Source: an uncultured Pelagibacteraceae bacterium | GTDB lineage: Bacteria > Pseudomonadota > Alphaproteobacteria > Pelagibacterales > AG-422-B15 | DNA: 40,661 nucleotides | Direction: 5' to 3' | NCBI GenBank assembly: GCA_902565955.1 | Contig: CACFGR010000003.1 | Span: forward strand, 1-40,661 | Notes under the pieces: generated by a model | What the model saw: only the letters and a program-made list of their open reading frames with translations | Database searches by the model: none | Told to the model about the DNA's origin: nothing | In this document: positions 28,908-38,315 of the stretch, piece after piece | How the letters are laid out: each line of letters begins with the position of its first letter | Position numbering within the stretch: position 1 is the first letter of the stretch | Translations under genes and position numbers: made by a program

Positions 28908-30386
28908 ATGGGTGATCTTTTTATTATTCTAGGAAATCAGCTTTTTGATCCAAAGCATCTAAGTAAATATAAAAATAGTAAGATATTCATGTGTGAGGAT
29001 CTTGGTCTGTGTTCATATGAAAAACATCATAAGCTAAAAATTTTACAGTTTCTTTCCTCCATGAGAAGTTACAGAGATTTATTAATAAAAAAAGGTTTTT
29101 CAGTTGACTATTATGACTGTCAAAACAATTTTGAAAAAAAGTATGAAGATAAATTAGAAAAATCTATAAAAAAAAATAAAATAAATAAAGTAAGTCACTT
29201 TGAAATCGAAGATACGCCATTCGAAAAACGTATTAAAAAATTTATTATAAAACAAAATCTTGAGTATCATGTCATACAAACACCTATGTTTCTTAATACA
29301 CGTGATGATTTTCAAAAATATCTGTCAAAACAAAAAAAGCCTTTCATGGCAACTTATTATAAAGAAAGTAGATTAAAATTTGACTTACTAATTAAAAACG
29401 AAAAACCTGTCGGCGGCAAATGGAGCTTTGATAAAGATAATAGAAAAAAACTTCCACAAGACCTAAAACTTCCAAAACAACCAAAAACAAGTGAAACCCA
29501 ACATACAAAACAATTAAAAAACTTTATAGAAGAAAAATTTAAAAAACACCCTGGCAGTACAAAAAACTTTTGGCTACCAACAACACATAAAGATGCTTCA
29601 GAATGGCTGGACGATTTCATTAAAAATAAACTGAATTTATTTGGAGACTACGAAGACGCAGTGAGTCAAAGAGATAACATCCTGTTTCATAGCGCATTGA
29701 GCCCGCTTATTAATACAGGATTGATTACACCCCAAGAAATAATTAATAGATTAAAAAAATATAAAGGAAAGATAAGTATAAATTCACTTGAGGGATACAT
29801 TAGACAAGTTGTTGGATGGCGAGAATTTATGAGAGGTATTTATCATAACTACTCGCCTAAAATGGAATCATCTAATTTTTTTAATCATAAAAGAAAATTC
29901 AAAAATGATTGGTATACTGGTGAAACAGGCATACCCCCTTTAGATCATTCAATTAAAAATGCTCTTAATTTTGGTTGGACGCATCATATTGAACGGCTAA
30001 TGATACTGTCTAGTTTAATGAACTTGTGCGAAATACACCCAAAATATGTATATAAATGGTTTATGGAAATGTTTACTGACTCTTCTGAATGGGTGATGGT
30101 GCCAAATGTCTACGGTATGGGATTATTTAGTGATGGAGGCATCTTTGCAACCAAACCATATATTTGTGGTTCAAGCTATTATTTGAAAATGATGGATTTC
30201 AAAAAAGGTGAGTGGTGTGAGACAGTCGATGGCTTATATTGGAGATTTATAAATAAAAATAGAAAGTTCTTTAGTAGCAACCCAAGGCTAAATATGATGG
30301 TAAATGTATTTGATAAAATGAAAGAGGATCGAAAGAAAAGAATTCTTAAGAAGGCAGAAATTTTTATCAGAGAACATACAAACTAA
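28908..30386 (+). CDS. Cryptochrome/photolyase family protein, bacterial (6-4) photolyase (PhrB/CryB-like) clade
   Basis: ILGNQLF, PVGGKWSFDKDNRK, FGDYEDA, LFHSALSP, HHIERLM, WVMVPNVYGM, TKPY. Confidence 0.9.
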   Translation: MGDLFIILGNQLFDPKHLSKYKNSKIFMCEDLGLCSYEKHHKLKILQFLSSMRSYRDLLIKKGFSVDYYDCQNNFEKKYEDKLEKSIKKNKINKVSHFEIEDTPFEKRIKKFIIKQNLEYHVIQTPMFLNTRDDFQKYLSKQKKPFMATYYKESRLKFDLLIKNEKPVGGKWSFDKDNRKKLPQDLKLPKQPKTSETQHTKQLKNFIEEKFKKHPGSTKNFWLPTTHKDASEWLDDFIKNKLNLFGDYEDAVSQRDNILFHSALSPLINTGLITPQEIINRLKKYKGKISINSLEGYIRQVVGWREFMRGIYHNYSPKMESSNFFNHKRKFKNDWYTGETGIPPLDHSIKNALNFGWTHHIERLMILSSLMNLCEIHPKYVYKWFMEMFTDSSEWVMVPNVYGMGLFSDGGIFATKPYICGSSYYLKMMDFKKGEWCETVDGLYWRFINKNRKFFSSNPRLNMMVNVFDKMKEDRKKRILKKAEIFIREHTN

Positions 30387-30396
30387 GAAAATTTAT

Positions 30397-30579
30397 TTAC
30401 TCAATTGCATTATCCATATTCATAAGTATAGGTCTTCCATCATGAGCTGTGCTTAGGGGAATAACTTTTCCATCATACTGCGCACACAAGGTTGGAGCAC
30501 TTCTTTTCTGATTACCAAGATTGACCTCAAGATCAACTATAATTAGCTTTACATCTTCCAATGTTTTTAAAATTTTCAT
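30397..30579 (-). CDS. Small hypothetical protein (60 aa)
   Basis: Strong AGGAGG Shine-Dalgarno upstream; fills the gap in the aox operon exactly. Confidence 0.7.
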   Translation of the reverse strand: MKILKTLEDVKLIIVDLEVNLGNQKRSAPTLCAQYDGKVIPLSTAHDGRPILMNMDNAIE

Positions 30580-30588
30580 ATTTACCTC

Positions 30589-31002
30589 CTAATAAAAATA
30601 TACAAATACAATAAAGATAGATCCAAGAAGCTGTGAGATAAATAAAACTACAGAGAAAAAATGAAGCATTTTGAATTTTTTTTCAGCATCAACGATACCA
30701 CCTTTAAATTTATCTCTATAAATATTGATTCTAGGAGTTAGATAAATGAGATTGATTAAAAAGAAAGCAGAGGAAACCAAAGATATAATTAGAAAATCAA
30801 TCATATTAATTACAAAAAAAACAGCACACGAAAGAATAGTAATGATTAATCCATAAATGAACATTCTGGGAAAAATAACTCGTAATAACTTACCTGCCTC
30901 ATCTTCATTTAAAATTGAAAATATAGATGGTGTTACAACAGACATGAAAAAGATCATAAATCCAATAATTAATGAATGTAGAAAAATTCCAAATTCTAAC
31001 AT
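30589..31002 (-). CDS. DUF4149/TMEM205-like membrane protein
   Basis: Four hydrophobic segments, VVTPSIF..L, IFPRMF, PRIN, KKFKMLH..SV; start at ATG 31002 avoids overlap with aox. Confidence 0.75.
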   Translation of the reverse strand: MLEFGIFLHSLIIGFMIFFMSVVTPSIFSILNEDEAGKLLRVIFPRMFIYGLIITILSCAVFFVINMIDFLIISLVSSAFFLINLIYLTPRINIYRDKFKGGIVDAEKKFKMLHFFSVVLFISQLLGSIFIVFVYFY

Positions 31003-31009
31003 TGTAAAT

Positions 31010-31678
31010 TTATTTAGTATTATCTTTTGAGAGAATTTCCTTTGAGTCTGTATAAGTCTCTTTGTAGTCTTTTTGATCAATAAGAGTTACAAATTCATGG
31101 TTAACATCACGGTGACCCATCTCATCGTTTCTAACAGCAATGATAACATCTCTTAATTTTGCAAACTGTGATAAACCCCAATAGTCGATTGCTATCTGAG
31201 GCGCTTTTGCGTTTTCAATGTTTCCATTTTCAATTTCATCTAAATATTCGGTATAACTTATAATTGCTTGCTCCTCAAAATAACCCACAATTCTATGGCA
31301 GGTGCGAGGTGATACTAAATACATTACAAAATAAAGATTAAAAAATATTCCCTGTACTATTATTACAAGAAATCTCTCAAAAACTGATGGCTTTGCAATG
31401 TTAATAAAAGTCATTAAATGCATTCTTTCGTTCTCAGCTTCATCTAGAAGTGTTTTGATCCAGCCTCTATCTTGCTCCATATTTCTTAGGCTTTTTAAAT
31501 GATTAAGCATGCCGGCAACCATTCCAGGAACAGCTGCTACCGTCTCTAATATAACTGCTCTGTGCCCGTAACGTTTTTTAAAAAAAAGATCAGCGAAAAA
31601 ACGAAGGGCTTTTGTGAATAAGAGAGCTATACGGTCACTGTTATTCACCGGTTTATAGTGCTTAAACATTTTAGACAT
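31010..31678 (-). CDS. aox: Alternative oxidase (ubiquinol oxidase, di-iron)
   Basis: [39 protein letters not shown]. Confidence 0.96.
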   Translation of the reverse strand: MSKMFKHYKPVNNSDRIALLFTKALRFFADLFFKKRYGHRAVILETVAAVPGMVAGMLNHLKSLRNMEQDRGWIKTLLDEAENERMHLMTFINIAKPSVFERFLVIIVQGIFFNLYFVMYLVSPRTCHRIVGYFEEQAIISYTEYLDEIENGNIENAKAPQIAIDYWGLSQFAKLRDVIIAVRNDEMGHRDVNHEFVTLIDQKDYKETYTDSKEILSKDNTK

Positions 31679-31765
31679 ATTATTTAGATAATATTTATTA
31701 TCAGAAATTAAATACTTTTTAACGGATGATTTACTGACATTTTGTCACATATAGCGCTGTAAAGA

Positions 31766-31841
31766 TGGCGGTCCCTACGGGATTCGAACCCGTGATCTTC
31801 TGGATGAAAACCAGATATCCTAACCGCTAGACGAAGGGACC
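31766..31841 (-). tRNA. tRNA-Glu(TTC)
   Basis: GGTCCCT...AGGGACC-G-CCA, anticodon loop TT-TTC-AT. Confidence 0.96.
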
Positions 31842-31888
31842 TAATATATTATTTATATATCTAATAATCGGTCTAAATCAATAATTGA

Positions 31889-33670
31889 TTAACTATTTTG
31901 TGATGCGGAAATATCAATAATATGTAATTGAGGTATTTTTTTACCCCCCCACTCATTGATCTTTATTTTGCCAAATAAACAAACTGATAAACCTTTATTT
32001 TTTATTAATTCTTCTCCAAGCTGCGTTTTTGTGCTTCTGAAAGCCATCGCTTCAATAAATTTTCCTCCATCAGATTTAATAAGACATTTAAAATGCTCCT
32101 CACCTATTTGATCGACGGTCGCAAGTATTACATTTTTAAAAATAAAAGATGGTTCGGGATTTTCCGATCCAAAAGGACCAATTTTTTCTATTTCCTTATG
32201 AACATCTAAATTAATTGCTGATGTACTTAAAATGTCATCGGCAAATAAAATTTTGTTATTTTCAGTATTAATAACTTTATTAGTCAATTGCCTCTCGAAA
32301 AATTTTTCCAAGTCCTCTATCTTTTCAGTTTCTATTGTTAATCCGGCTGCCATAGAGTGTCCTCCACCTTTCTTAAGTAAATTACTTTGAACAGCAGAAA
32401 TAACTAACTGTCCAAGATCAATGCCTTTTATTGAGCGTCCGGAGCCTTTAGCTTCACCATTATTTATCGAGAAAACAATGCTAGGCTTATTAAACTTATC
32501 TTTAAGTCGACTCGCAATAATACCAATTACCCCCTCATGCCATCCTTCACCAGATACAATCAGTAGTTTATTTTTTAGTTTTTTATCATTAACTTGGGCG
32601 ATGGCTTGATCTAAAACATAACTTTCTAGTGTGCGTCTCTCAGAATTAAATTTATCTAAATCGTTTGAGATGCTATCGATTTTACTTTTTTCACTTTCAG
32701 TTAATAAATTAGTGCCAAAGTTTGAAAAACCTAATCTTCCACCTGCGTTAATTCTTGGACCTATCTTGAAACCAAGATCATGAACAGATACTTTTGATTT
32801 TATATTTGATTTTTCAATCAATGAATTTAAACCTGGATTTAATCTTTTTTGTATTACGTCGATTCCCTTTGAAACTAGAATTCGATTTAATCCTTTTAGT
32901 GGAACAGCATCGCAAACAGTTCCTAAAGCGACAAGATCTAATAAAGCAATAAGGTTTGGCTCTTTTACGTTATTTTTTTTAAACCAATCTTCACGTCTTA
33001 ATTTCCGGTTAAGCCCAATAATAAACATGTAAGTTACACCTACTGCTGAAAGATAGTTTAAACCTGAATTATCATCCATTCTGTTTGGATTTATAATTGC
33101 AGTTGCTTGTGGTAGTTTTATTTCTGGAATGTGATGATCTAGGACAATAATATCCATGCCTTGCTCTCTCGCATATTCAATCTCAGAAAAGGCCATTGTT
33201 CCACAATCCACGGTAAAAATAATTTTCACATCTCTTTTTTTAAAATTTGAAAAGGTTTGTATGCTAGGACCATATCCCTCACTAAATCTATCAGGTATAT
33301 GAAATAATAGATTCATTGAAATTTGTTTGAAATAATTAATTAGAGTTGAAGTTGATGTGGAACCATCAACATCATAGTCACCAAATACTGCAATTCGTTC
33401 TTTACTAATTATTGCCTGATAAAGTCTCTCGCAGGCTTTTTCCATATCTGTTAAAACGTATGGATCAGGCAAACTGTCTTTTAATGAGGGCCTTATATAC
33501 GAAATAACATCGTCTAAATTTACTTTTCTGATACTAAGTAATTTCGCAACTAGCGGACTTACTTCGTAACTTTGTGAAATATATTCCGTATCTTTTTCGC
33601 TATATTCTTTTAACGACCATTTTTTATTTGTTAGAGAAAAAAAATCTTCGTCGAAAGAGTCTTTTCTCAT
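31889..33670 (-). CDS. recJ: Single-stranded DNA exonuclease RecJ
   Basis: FGDYDVDG, TVDCG, LDHH, GPRINAGGR, KGSGRS, GGGHSMAAG. Confidence 0.97.
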   Translation of the reverse strand: MRKDSFDEDFFSLTNKKWSLKEYSEKDTEYISQSYEVSPLVAKLLSIRKVNLDDVISYIRPSLKDSLPDPYVLTDMEKACERLYQAIISKERIAVFGDYDVDGSTSTSTLINYFKQISMNLLFHIPDRFSEGYGPSIQTFSNFKKRDVKIIFTVDCGTMAFSEIEYAREQGMDIIVLDHHIPEIKLPQATAIINPNRMDDNSGLNYLSAVGVTYMFIIGLNRKLRREDWFKKNNVKEPNLIALLDLVALGTVCDAVPLKGLNRILVSKGIDVIQKRLNPGLNSLIEKSNIKSKVSVHDLGFKIGPRINAGGRLGFSNFGTNLLTESEKSKIDSISNDLDKFNSERRTLESYVLDQAIAQVNDKKLKNKLLIVSGEGWHEGVIGIIASRLKDKFNKPSIVFSINNGEAKGSGRSIKGIDLGQLVISAVQSNLLKKGGGHSMAAGLTIETEKIEDLEKFFERQLTNKVINTENNKILFADDILSTSAINLDVHKEIEKIGPFGSENPEPSFIFKNVILATVDQIGEEHFKCLIKSDGGKFIEAMAFRSTKTQLGEELIKNKGLSVCLFGKIKINEWGGKKIPQLHIIDISASQNS

Positions 33671-33673
33671 AGT

Positions 33674-34624
33674 TCAATCTTTTTTGTGATAAGTCTCGAT
33701 ATACTGAGATGATGCTTCGCCAGTTCTAAGAACTAATGAATGGGTTATGTAGTGACTGCTGTCAGATCTTACTCCTCTAACCATAGTACCTTCAGTTACA
33801 CCTGTAGCAGAAAAAATAATATCGCCGTGTGCGAGTTCATTAAGATTATATTTTTTTTCTAGATCTTTAATACCAATCTTTTCAGCTCTGTTTTTTTCAT
33901 CGTCATTATTAATTACAAGTCTAGTTTGCATTTGACCACCAATGCATTGCAGTGCTGCAGCAGCTAAAACTCCCTCAGGAGCTCCACCGATGCCAAGGTA
34001 AATATCAACTGGATTATGTTCTTGCGTTGTCATAATTACTCCCGCAACATCGCCGTCAGGAATAAGAACAATTTTTGAGCCGATTGTTCTTAAAGCCTCT
34101 ATTATATCATCGTGTCTGGGTCTTTCTAATACACAGGCGGTAACCTCACTAATTTTAAGCTTTTTAGCTTCCGCGATACTTTTTATGTTGTCTTCGACAG
34201 CTGCATCAAGATCTATTACATCTTTTGGAAGGCTTCCACCAACTGCAATCTTATTCATGTAAGTGTCTGGCGCATAGAGCAACCCTCCTTTTTGAGCTGC
34301 AGCTACTACAGATAATGAATTTGGCATGCCCTTGGCTGTTATAGTAGTTCCTTCTAACGGATCTAACGCAATATCAACTTCGTGATTTTTGCCGGTTCCC
34401 ACTTCCTCGCCAATATACAGCATTGGCGCTTCATCTCTCTCACCTTCACCAATAACAATTCTGCCATCAAAATCAATTGCGTTTAATGCTGTTCTCATTG
34501 CGTCTACAGCAACTTGATCTGCTGCTTTTTCATCACCTAGTCCTATTAATTTGGACGATGCAATTGCAGCCTTTTCCGTTGCAGCTACAATTCCTGATGC
34601 ATATTGAGTTGATATTACGGTCAT
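33674..34624 (-). CDS. glpX: Fructose-1,6-bisphosphatase class II
   Basis: IGEGERDEAPMLYIGE, DPLEGT, GIGGAPEGVLAAAAL. Confidence 0.96.
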   Translation of the reverse strand: MTVISTQYASGIVAATEKAAIASSKLIGLGDEKAADQVAVDAMRTALNAIDFDGRIVIGEGERDEAPMLYIGEEVGTGKNHEVDIALDPLEGTTITAKGMPNSLSVVAAAQKGGLLYAPDTYMNKIAVGGSLPKDVIDLDAAVEDNIKSIAEAKKLKISEVTACVLERPRHDDIIEALRTIGSKIVLIPDGDVAGVIMTTQEHNPVDIYLGIGGAPEGVLAAAALQCIGGQMQTRLVINNDDEKNRAEKIGIKDLEKKYNLNELAHGDIIFSATGVTEGTMVRGVRSDSSHYITHSLVLRTGEASSQYIETYHKKD

Positions 34625-35910
34625 AACGAATCTTCAATTCTGATAAATTTAACAGATGAGCTTACTTCTGGTAATCTTTTTATCTGTTTAATAGATGATA
34701 AAAGCGATGATTCTCTAACTGTGTGCGTTATCAAAATAATTTCAGCAAAACTTGACCTTTTCGATGGCTTTTGAATTATGCTTTCAATCGAAATTTTTCT
34801 TTTTGATAGAGCTCTTGAAATTTTTGCCATTACCCCAGCTTTATCTTTGGCTGTAATTCTCAAATAATATGGGAATGACAAATCATCAATTTTATGAATT
34901 TTTAACTTCTTTTTCTTTTTTATTGATACGCCCAATGGATAATTATATGTACCTCTAATAATGTCCATAAGGTCTGACATAACAGAGGCCCCCGTTGGTC
35001 CAGCACCAGCACCAGGGCCTTCAAAAATATTTTTTCCAATTACTGAATCATTTACGACAACAGCATTAATCTCGTTACTCACTTTTGCAATATCTGATTT
35101 AAGTTTGACAAAACACGGATGAACTCTTTGTTCGATCTTTCTTAACTTTTTAGAAGCAACTGACAATAACTTTATTGAGTATCCTAATTCTTTTGCAAAA
35201 ACAAAATCATATTTATCAATCTTTGTAATACCCTCTATAAAAGTATCTTTAAAGTTTACAGGAATATCAAAAGCAATACTTGATAACAATGTAATCTTAT
35301 GAGCCGCATCAATGCCTTGAATATCAAATGTTGGATCTAACTCAGCAAAACCTTTTTTTTGAGCATCATTTAATACATCTTTAAAATCTCCTGTATTATT
35401 TTCCATTTTTGTTAAAATGTAATTACAAGTACCATTCAAAATACCATAAATTTTGTTTATTTTATTAAGACGCAAATTTTCTCTAACAGCTTTTACAATT
35501 GGTATACCACCAGCAATAGCTGCTTCATAATTGAGACAAACATTATTTTGCTCAGCAATTTTAGATAACTCATTTCCATGTACTGCAAGCAAAGCTTTAT
35601 TAGCAGTAATTACATGCTTATTATTTTGGAGTGCTTTTTTAATAACTTTATATGCTATTCCCTTTGAGCCACCAATAAGCTCAATTAAAATATCTACATT
35701 GTCATTTGTTGCTAATGACATTGTATCAGTTGTTAACGGAAGAGACTTAACTGATAAGCTTCTTTTTTTTCTTAAGTTCTTAACCGCAATTTTAATTACA
35801 TTGATATTTGCAGTTTTTTGAGAGGGTGTTTTAAAATTTTTTAATTGTTTGAGAAATCCTGATCCAACTGTTCCTAGTCCTGCGATTCCGACACCATAAG
35901 TCTTATTCAT
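34621..35910 (-). CDS. hom: Homoserine dehydrogenase (ACT domain); start 35910 or 35919
   Basis: GLGTVG, VITANKAL, GILNGTCNYIL, GPGAG, C-terminal ACT domain. Confidence 0.96.
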   Translation of the reverse strand: MNKTYGVGIAGLGTVGSGFLKQLKNFKTPSQKTANINVIKIAVKNLRKKRSLSVKSLPLTTDTMSLATNDNVDILIELIGGSKGIAYKVIKKALQNNKHVITANKALLAVHGNELSKIAEQNNVCLNYEAAIAGGIPIVKAVRENLRLNKINKIYGILNGTCNYILTKMENNTGDFKDVLNDAQKKGFAELDPTFDIQGIDAAHKITLLSSIAFDIPVNFKDTFIEGITKIDKYDFVFAKELGYSIKLLSVASKKLRKIEQRVHPCFVKLKSDIAKVSNEINAVVVNDSVIGKNIFEGPGAGAGPTGASVMSDLMDIIRGTYNYPLGVSIKKKKKLKIHKIDDLSFPYYLRITAKDKAGVMAKISRALSKRKISIESIIQKPSKRSSFAEIILITHTVRESSLLSSIKQIKRLPEVSSSVKFIRIEDSL

Positions 35911-36100
35911 TGATTTCAACCTTTTCTGGTACGCTCTCTAGATCTGGTTTCTGAGCATTGTCATGATCATCTTGTATTAATTCGTCAGCATTTGGATTGA
36001 TAAAAAATTCATAAAAAGAAAAATTTTGTACCGATGAGCAAGCATTGAAAGCAAATAAAAATAAAATTAAATTAAAAATAACTATTATTTTTTTTCTCAT
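35903..36100 (-). CDS. Small putative lipoprotein
   Basis: MRKK + hydrophobic stretch + FNAC imperfect lipobox; overlaps the argC stop and hom start. Confidence 0.6.
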   Translation of the reverse strand: MRKKIIVIFNLILFLFAFNACSSVQNFSFYEFFINPNADELIQDDHDNAQKPDLESVPEKVEINE

Positions 36101-37107
36101 ACTATTCCTAACCCCTCATCATAATCATTCATAAGATTAAAGTTTTGAAATGCCTGTCCAGCTGCACCTTTTAACAAATTGTCTAAAACACTAACGATAC
36201 ATAATTTATTCTCTTTATATCCCTTTTTTAATCCTATAACTAAGTTATTTGTGCCGACTACATCTCTAGAGGAAGGAATTTCATTCATTGGTAGCAACTG
36301 TATAAAATTCTCTTCATTAAATCTTTTTTGTAATATATCATATATATCATTTTGTGATGCCCCATTTGTATCAATATAAATGCTACTCAAAATACCTCTT
36401 TCAACAGGCAATATATTAGCCGCAAAGAAAACTTCAGTATGAATATTTTTGATTTTAGTTAGTTCTTGGTTTATTTCAGCTATGTGTTTGTGATCACCGA
36501 TACCGTAGGTTCTTATATTTTCTCTAACTTCTTCAATTAACTCCTCTTTACCTTTTGTTTTACCTGCACCTGAGTATCCAGATTTTGAGTCAATTACGAT
36601 GTCGTCAGTTTTAATTGCATTTTGTTCTATAAGCTCAATTAGCGGAATTAAGATGCTCGTTGCATAACAACCAGGGTTTGCAACATGCTTACAATTTTTT
36701 ATCTTATCTCTATTAAACTCTGTTAGTCCGTATTGGAATTCGTTGTTTATTTCAAAGTTGCCGTGTTGAAAGCCATACCAGTTCTCATATTCTTTTTTAT
36801 CATCAAGTCTAAAATCAACTGACAGGTCAATTATACTGATATTAGATTTCAATAGATCACTTCTTTTGTGAAGACTTTCATTTGGCAAGCAATTAAATAT
36901 ATAATCAATTCTGCTTAAATTTATATCTTCATACTTTTTATACTCAAGCGAGTGTTTTATGCCAATTGAGTCTTGGATTTGAACTTTCTCACCTGCTGAC
37001 TTATTTGCAGATAAAGCCTCAATCCTAACATGGGGATGGTTGAGGCAAATTTTTATTATTTCATGTCCTACAAATCCACTGGCACCTAATATAGCTACAT
37101 TTTTCAT
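36097..37107 (-). CDS. argC: N-acetyl-gamma-glutamyl-phosphate reductase
   Basis: GASGFVG, DLS.DFRL, VANPGCYAT, SGYSGAG, DNLLKGAAGQA. Confidence 0.96.
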   Translation of the reverse strand: MKNVAILGASGFVGHEIIKICLNHPHVRIEALSANKSAGEKVQIQDSIGIKHSLEYKKYEDINLSRIDYIFNCLPNESLHKRSDLLKSNISIIDLSVDFRLDDKKEYENWYGFQHGNFEINNEFQYGLTEFNRDKIKNCKHVANPGCYATSILIPLIELIEQNAIKTDDIVIDSKSGYSGAGKTKGKEELIEEVRENIRTYGIGDHKHIAEINQELTKIKNIHTEVFFAANILPVERGILSSIYIDTNGASQNDIYDILQKRFNEENFIQLLPMNEIPSSRDVVGTNNLVIGLKKGYKENKLCIVSVLDNLLKGAAGQAFQNFNLMNDYDEGLGIV

Positions 37108-37147
37108 AATAATATATTAATTTTATAAAAAGAAAGTTTGAAAAATA

Positions 37148-37591
37148 TTATCTTTTTGAGAATTGGAAACGTCTTCGCGCTTTACGTCTACCATATTTTT
37201 TTCTTTCAACAATTCGAGAGTCTCTCGTAAGTAAACCTTCAGTTTTAAGAATTGGCCTTAAGTTTGGATCTAGCAAAGTAAGTGCTTTTGAAATTCCATG
37301 CCTTACAGCACCAGCTTGACCGGACATTCCCCCGCCACTAACTGTTACTGTTGTATCAACATTCATTTTTTTGTTTGTCAGTTCAAGTGGTTGGTTAACT
37401 AGCATATTTAAAACAGGTCTTAAAAAGTATTTATCAACATCCTTGCCGTTGATAACCATTTTACCAGATCCATCTTTTATCCAGACTCTTGCAACAGCAT
37501 TCTTTCTTTTACCTGTCGCATATGACCTTCCCAGATTATCCAATATAGGTTTAGCTAAATTCTCTTCTGTATTATTCATAGTATCATTCAT
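37148..37591 (-). CDS. rpsI: 30S ribosomal protein S9
   Basis: [26 protein letters not shown]. Confidence 0.98.
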   Translation of the reverse strand: MNDTMNNTEENLAKPILDNLGRSYATGKRKNAVARVWIKDGSGKMVINGKDVDKYFLRPVLNMLVNQPLELTNKKMNVDTTVTVSGGGMSGQAGAVRHGISKALTLLDPNLRPILKTEGLLTRDSRIVERKKYGRRKARRRFQFSKR

Positions 37592-38056
37592 TTAGACTAC
37601 TTCCTGTATATTATATATTTTGGGATTTTGAGCTTCATGAGGATGTTTGTTACCTACATATACCTTCATATTAGATAGCTGCTTTCTTCCAAGAGGTCCC
37701 TTTGGTATCATTCTTTTAACGGCCATTCTAACAAGTCTATCAGGAAATTTTCCTTCTAAAATTTTTCTGGCATTGATACTTTTAATGCCACCAGGATATC
37801 CAGTGTGCCTATAATAAGTTTTGTCATCTAGCTTCTTACCTGTAAGCCTCACTTTTTCAGCATTAATAATAACTACATTATCACCGCAATCAACATGTGG
37901 GGTGTATGTTGGCTTATGCTTACCTCTTAAGATATTTGATACATTTGTCGCTAGTCTGCCCAATACAATATCTTTTGCATCGATCAGCAGCCAGTCTTTC
38001 TTTATGTCTTCTTTTCTTAGAGACTTAGTTTGCTTTAGTATCTTTGATGATGTCAT
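37592..38056 (-). CDS. rplM: 50S ribosomal protein L13
   Basis: [34 protein letters not shown]; likely start ATG 38056. Confidence 0.97.
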   Translation of the reverse strand: MTSSKILKQTKSLRKEDIKKDWLLIDAKDIVLGRLATNVSNILRGKHKPTYTPHVDCGDNVVIINAEKVRLTGKKLDDKTYYRHTGYPGGIKSINARKILEGKFPDRLVRMAVKRMIPKGPLGRKQLSNMKVYVGNKHPHEAQNPKIYNIQEVV

Positions 38057-38195
38057 GCTATAGTTTATTAGAGAATACAATAAAATATGTCAACAATATA
38101 TATTTATATAGTAATTTCATATATTTAAATAGAGGTATTATTATACTATAATAATTATTACCCTTTACATAAGTCTTAGAGTGTTATTCAATATA

Positions 38196-38240
38196 TTGTC
38201 GAGTTTAATGCAGCTTGCGGACTTAAACAGCTAAGCCACC
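38196..38240 (+). ncRNA. SAM-II (SAM-alpha)-like riboswitch aptamer
   Basis: GTC-GAGTTTAA..GCTTGC-GGAC-TTAAA-CA-GCTAA resembles the SAM-II pattern GAUUU(A/G)A..UUGC..AAA..GCUAA; lies upstream of a methionine synthesis gene. Confidence 0.7.
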
Positions 38241-38242
38241 GG

Positions 38243-38273
38243 CCGCACATAAATATTATGATGCGGTTTTTTT
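38243..38273 (+). terminator. Intrinsic terminator (riboswitch expression platform) in metY leader
   Basis: CCGCA-CATAA-ATA-TTATG-A-TGCGG followed by T7, 42 bp upstream of the metY ATG. Confidence 0.8.
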
Positions 38274-38315
38274 GTTCGCTGTGAAACTCATATAAAAATA
38301 ATTAGAGGTAAAAAA

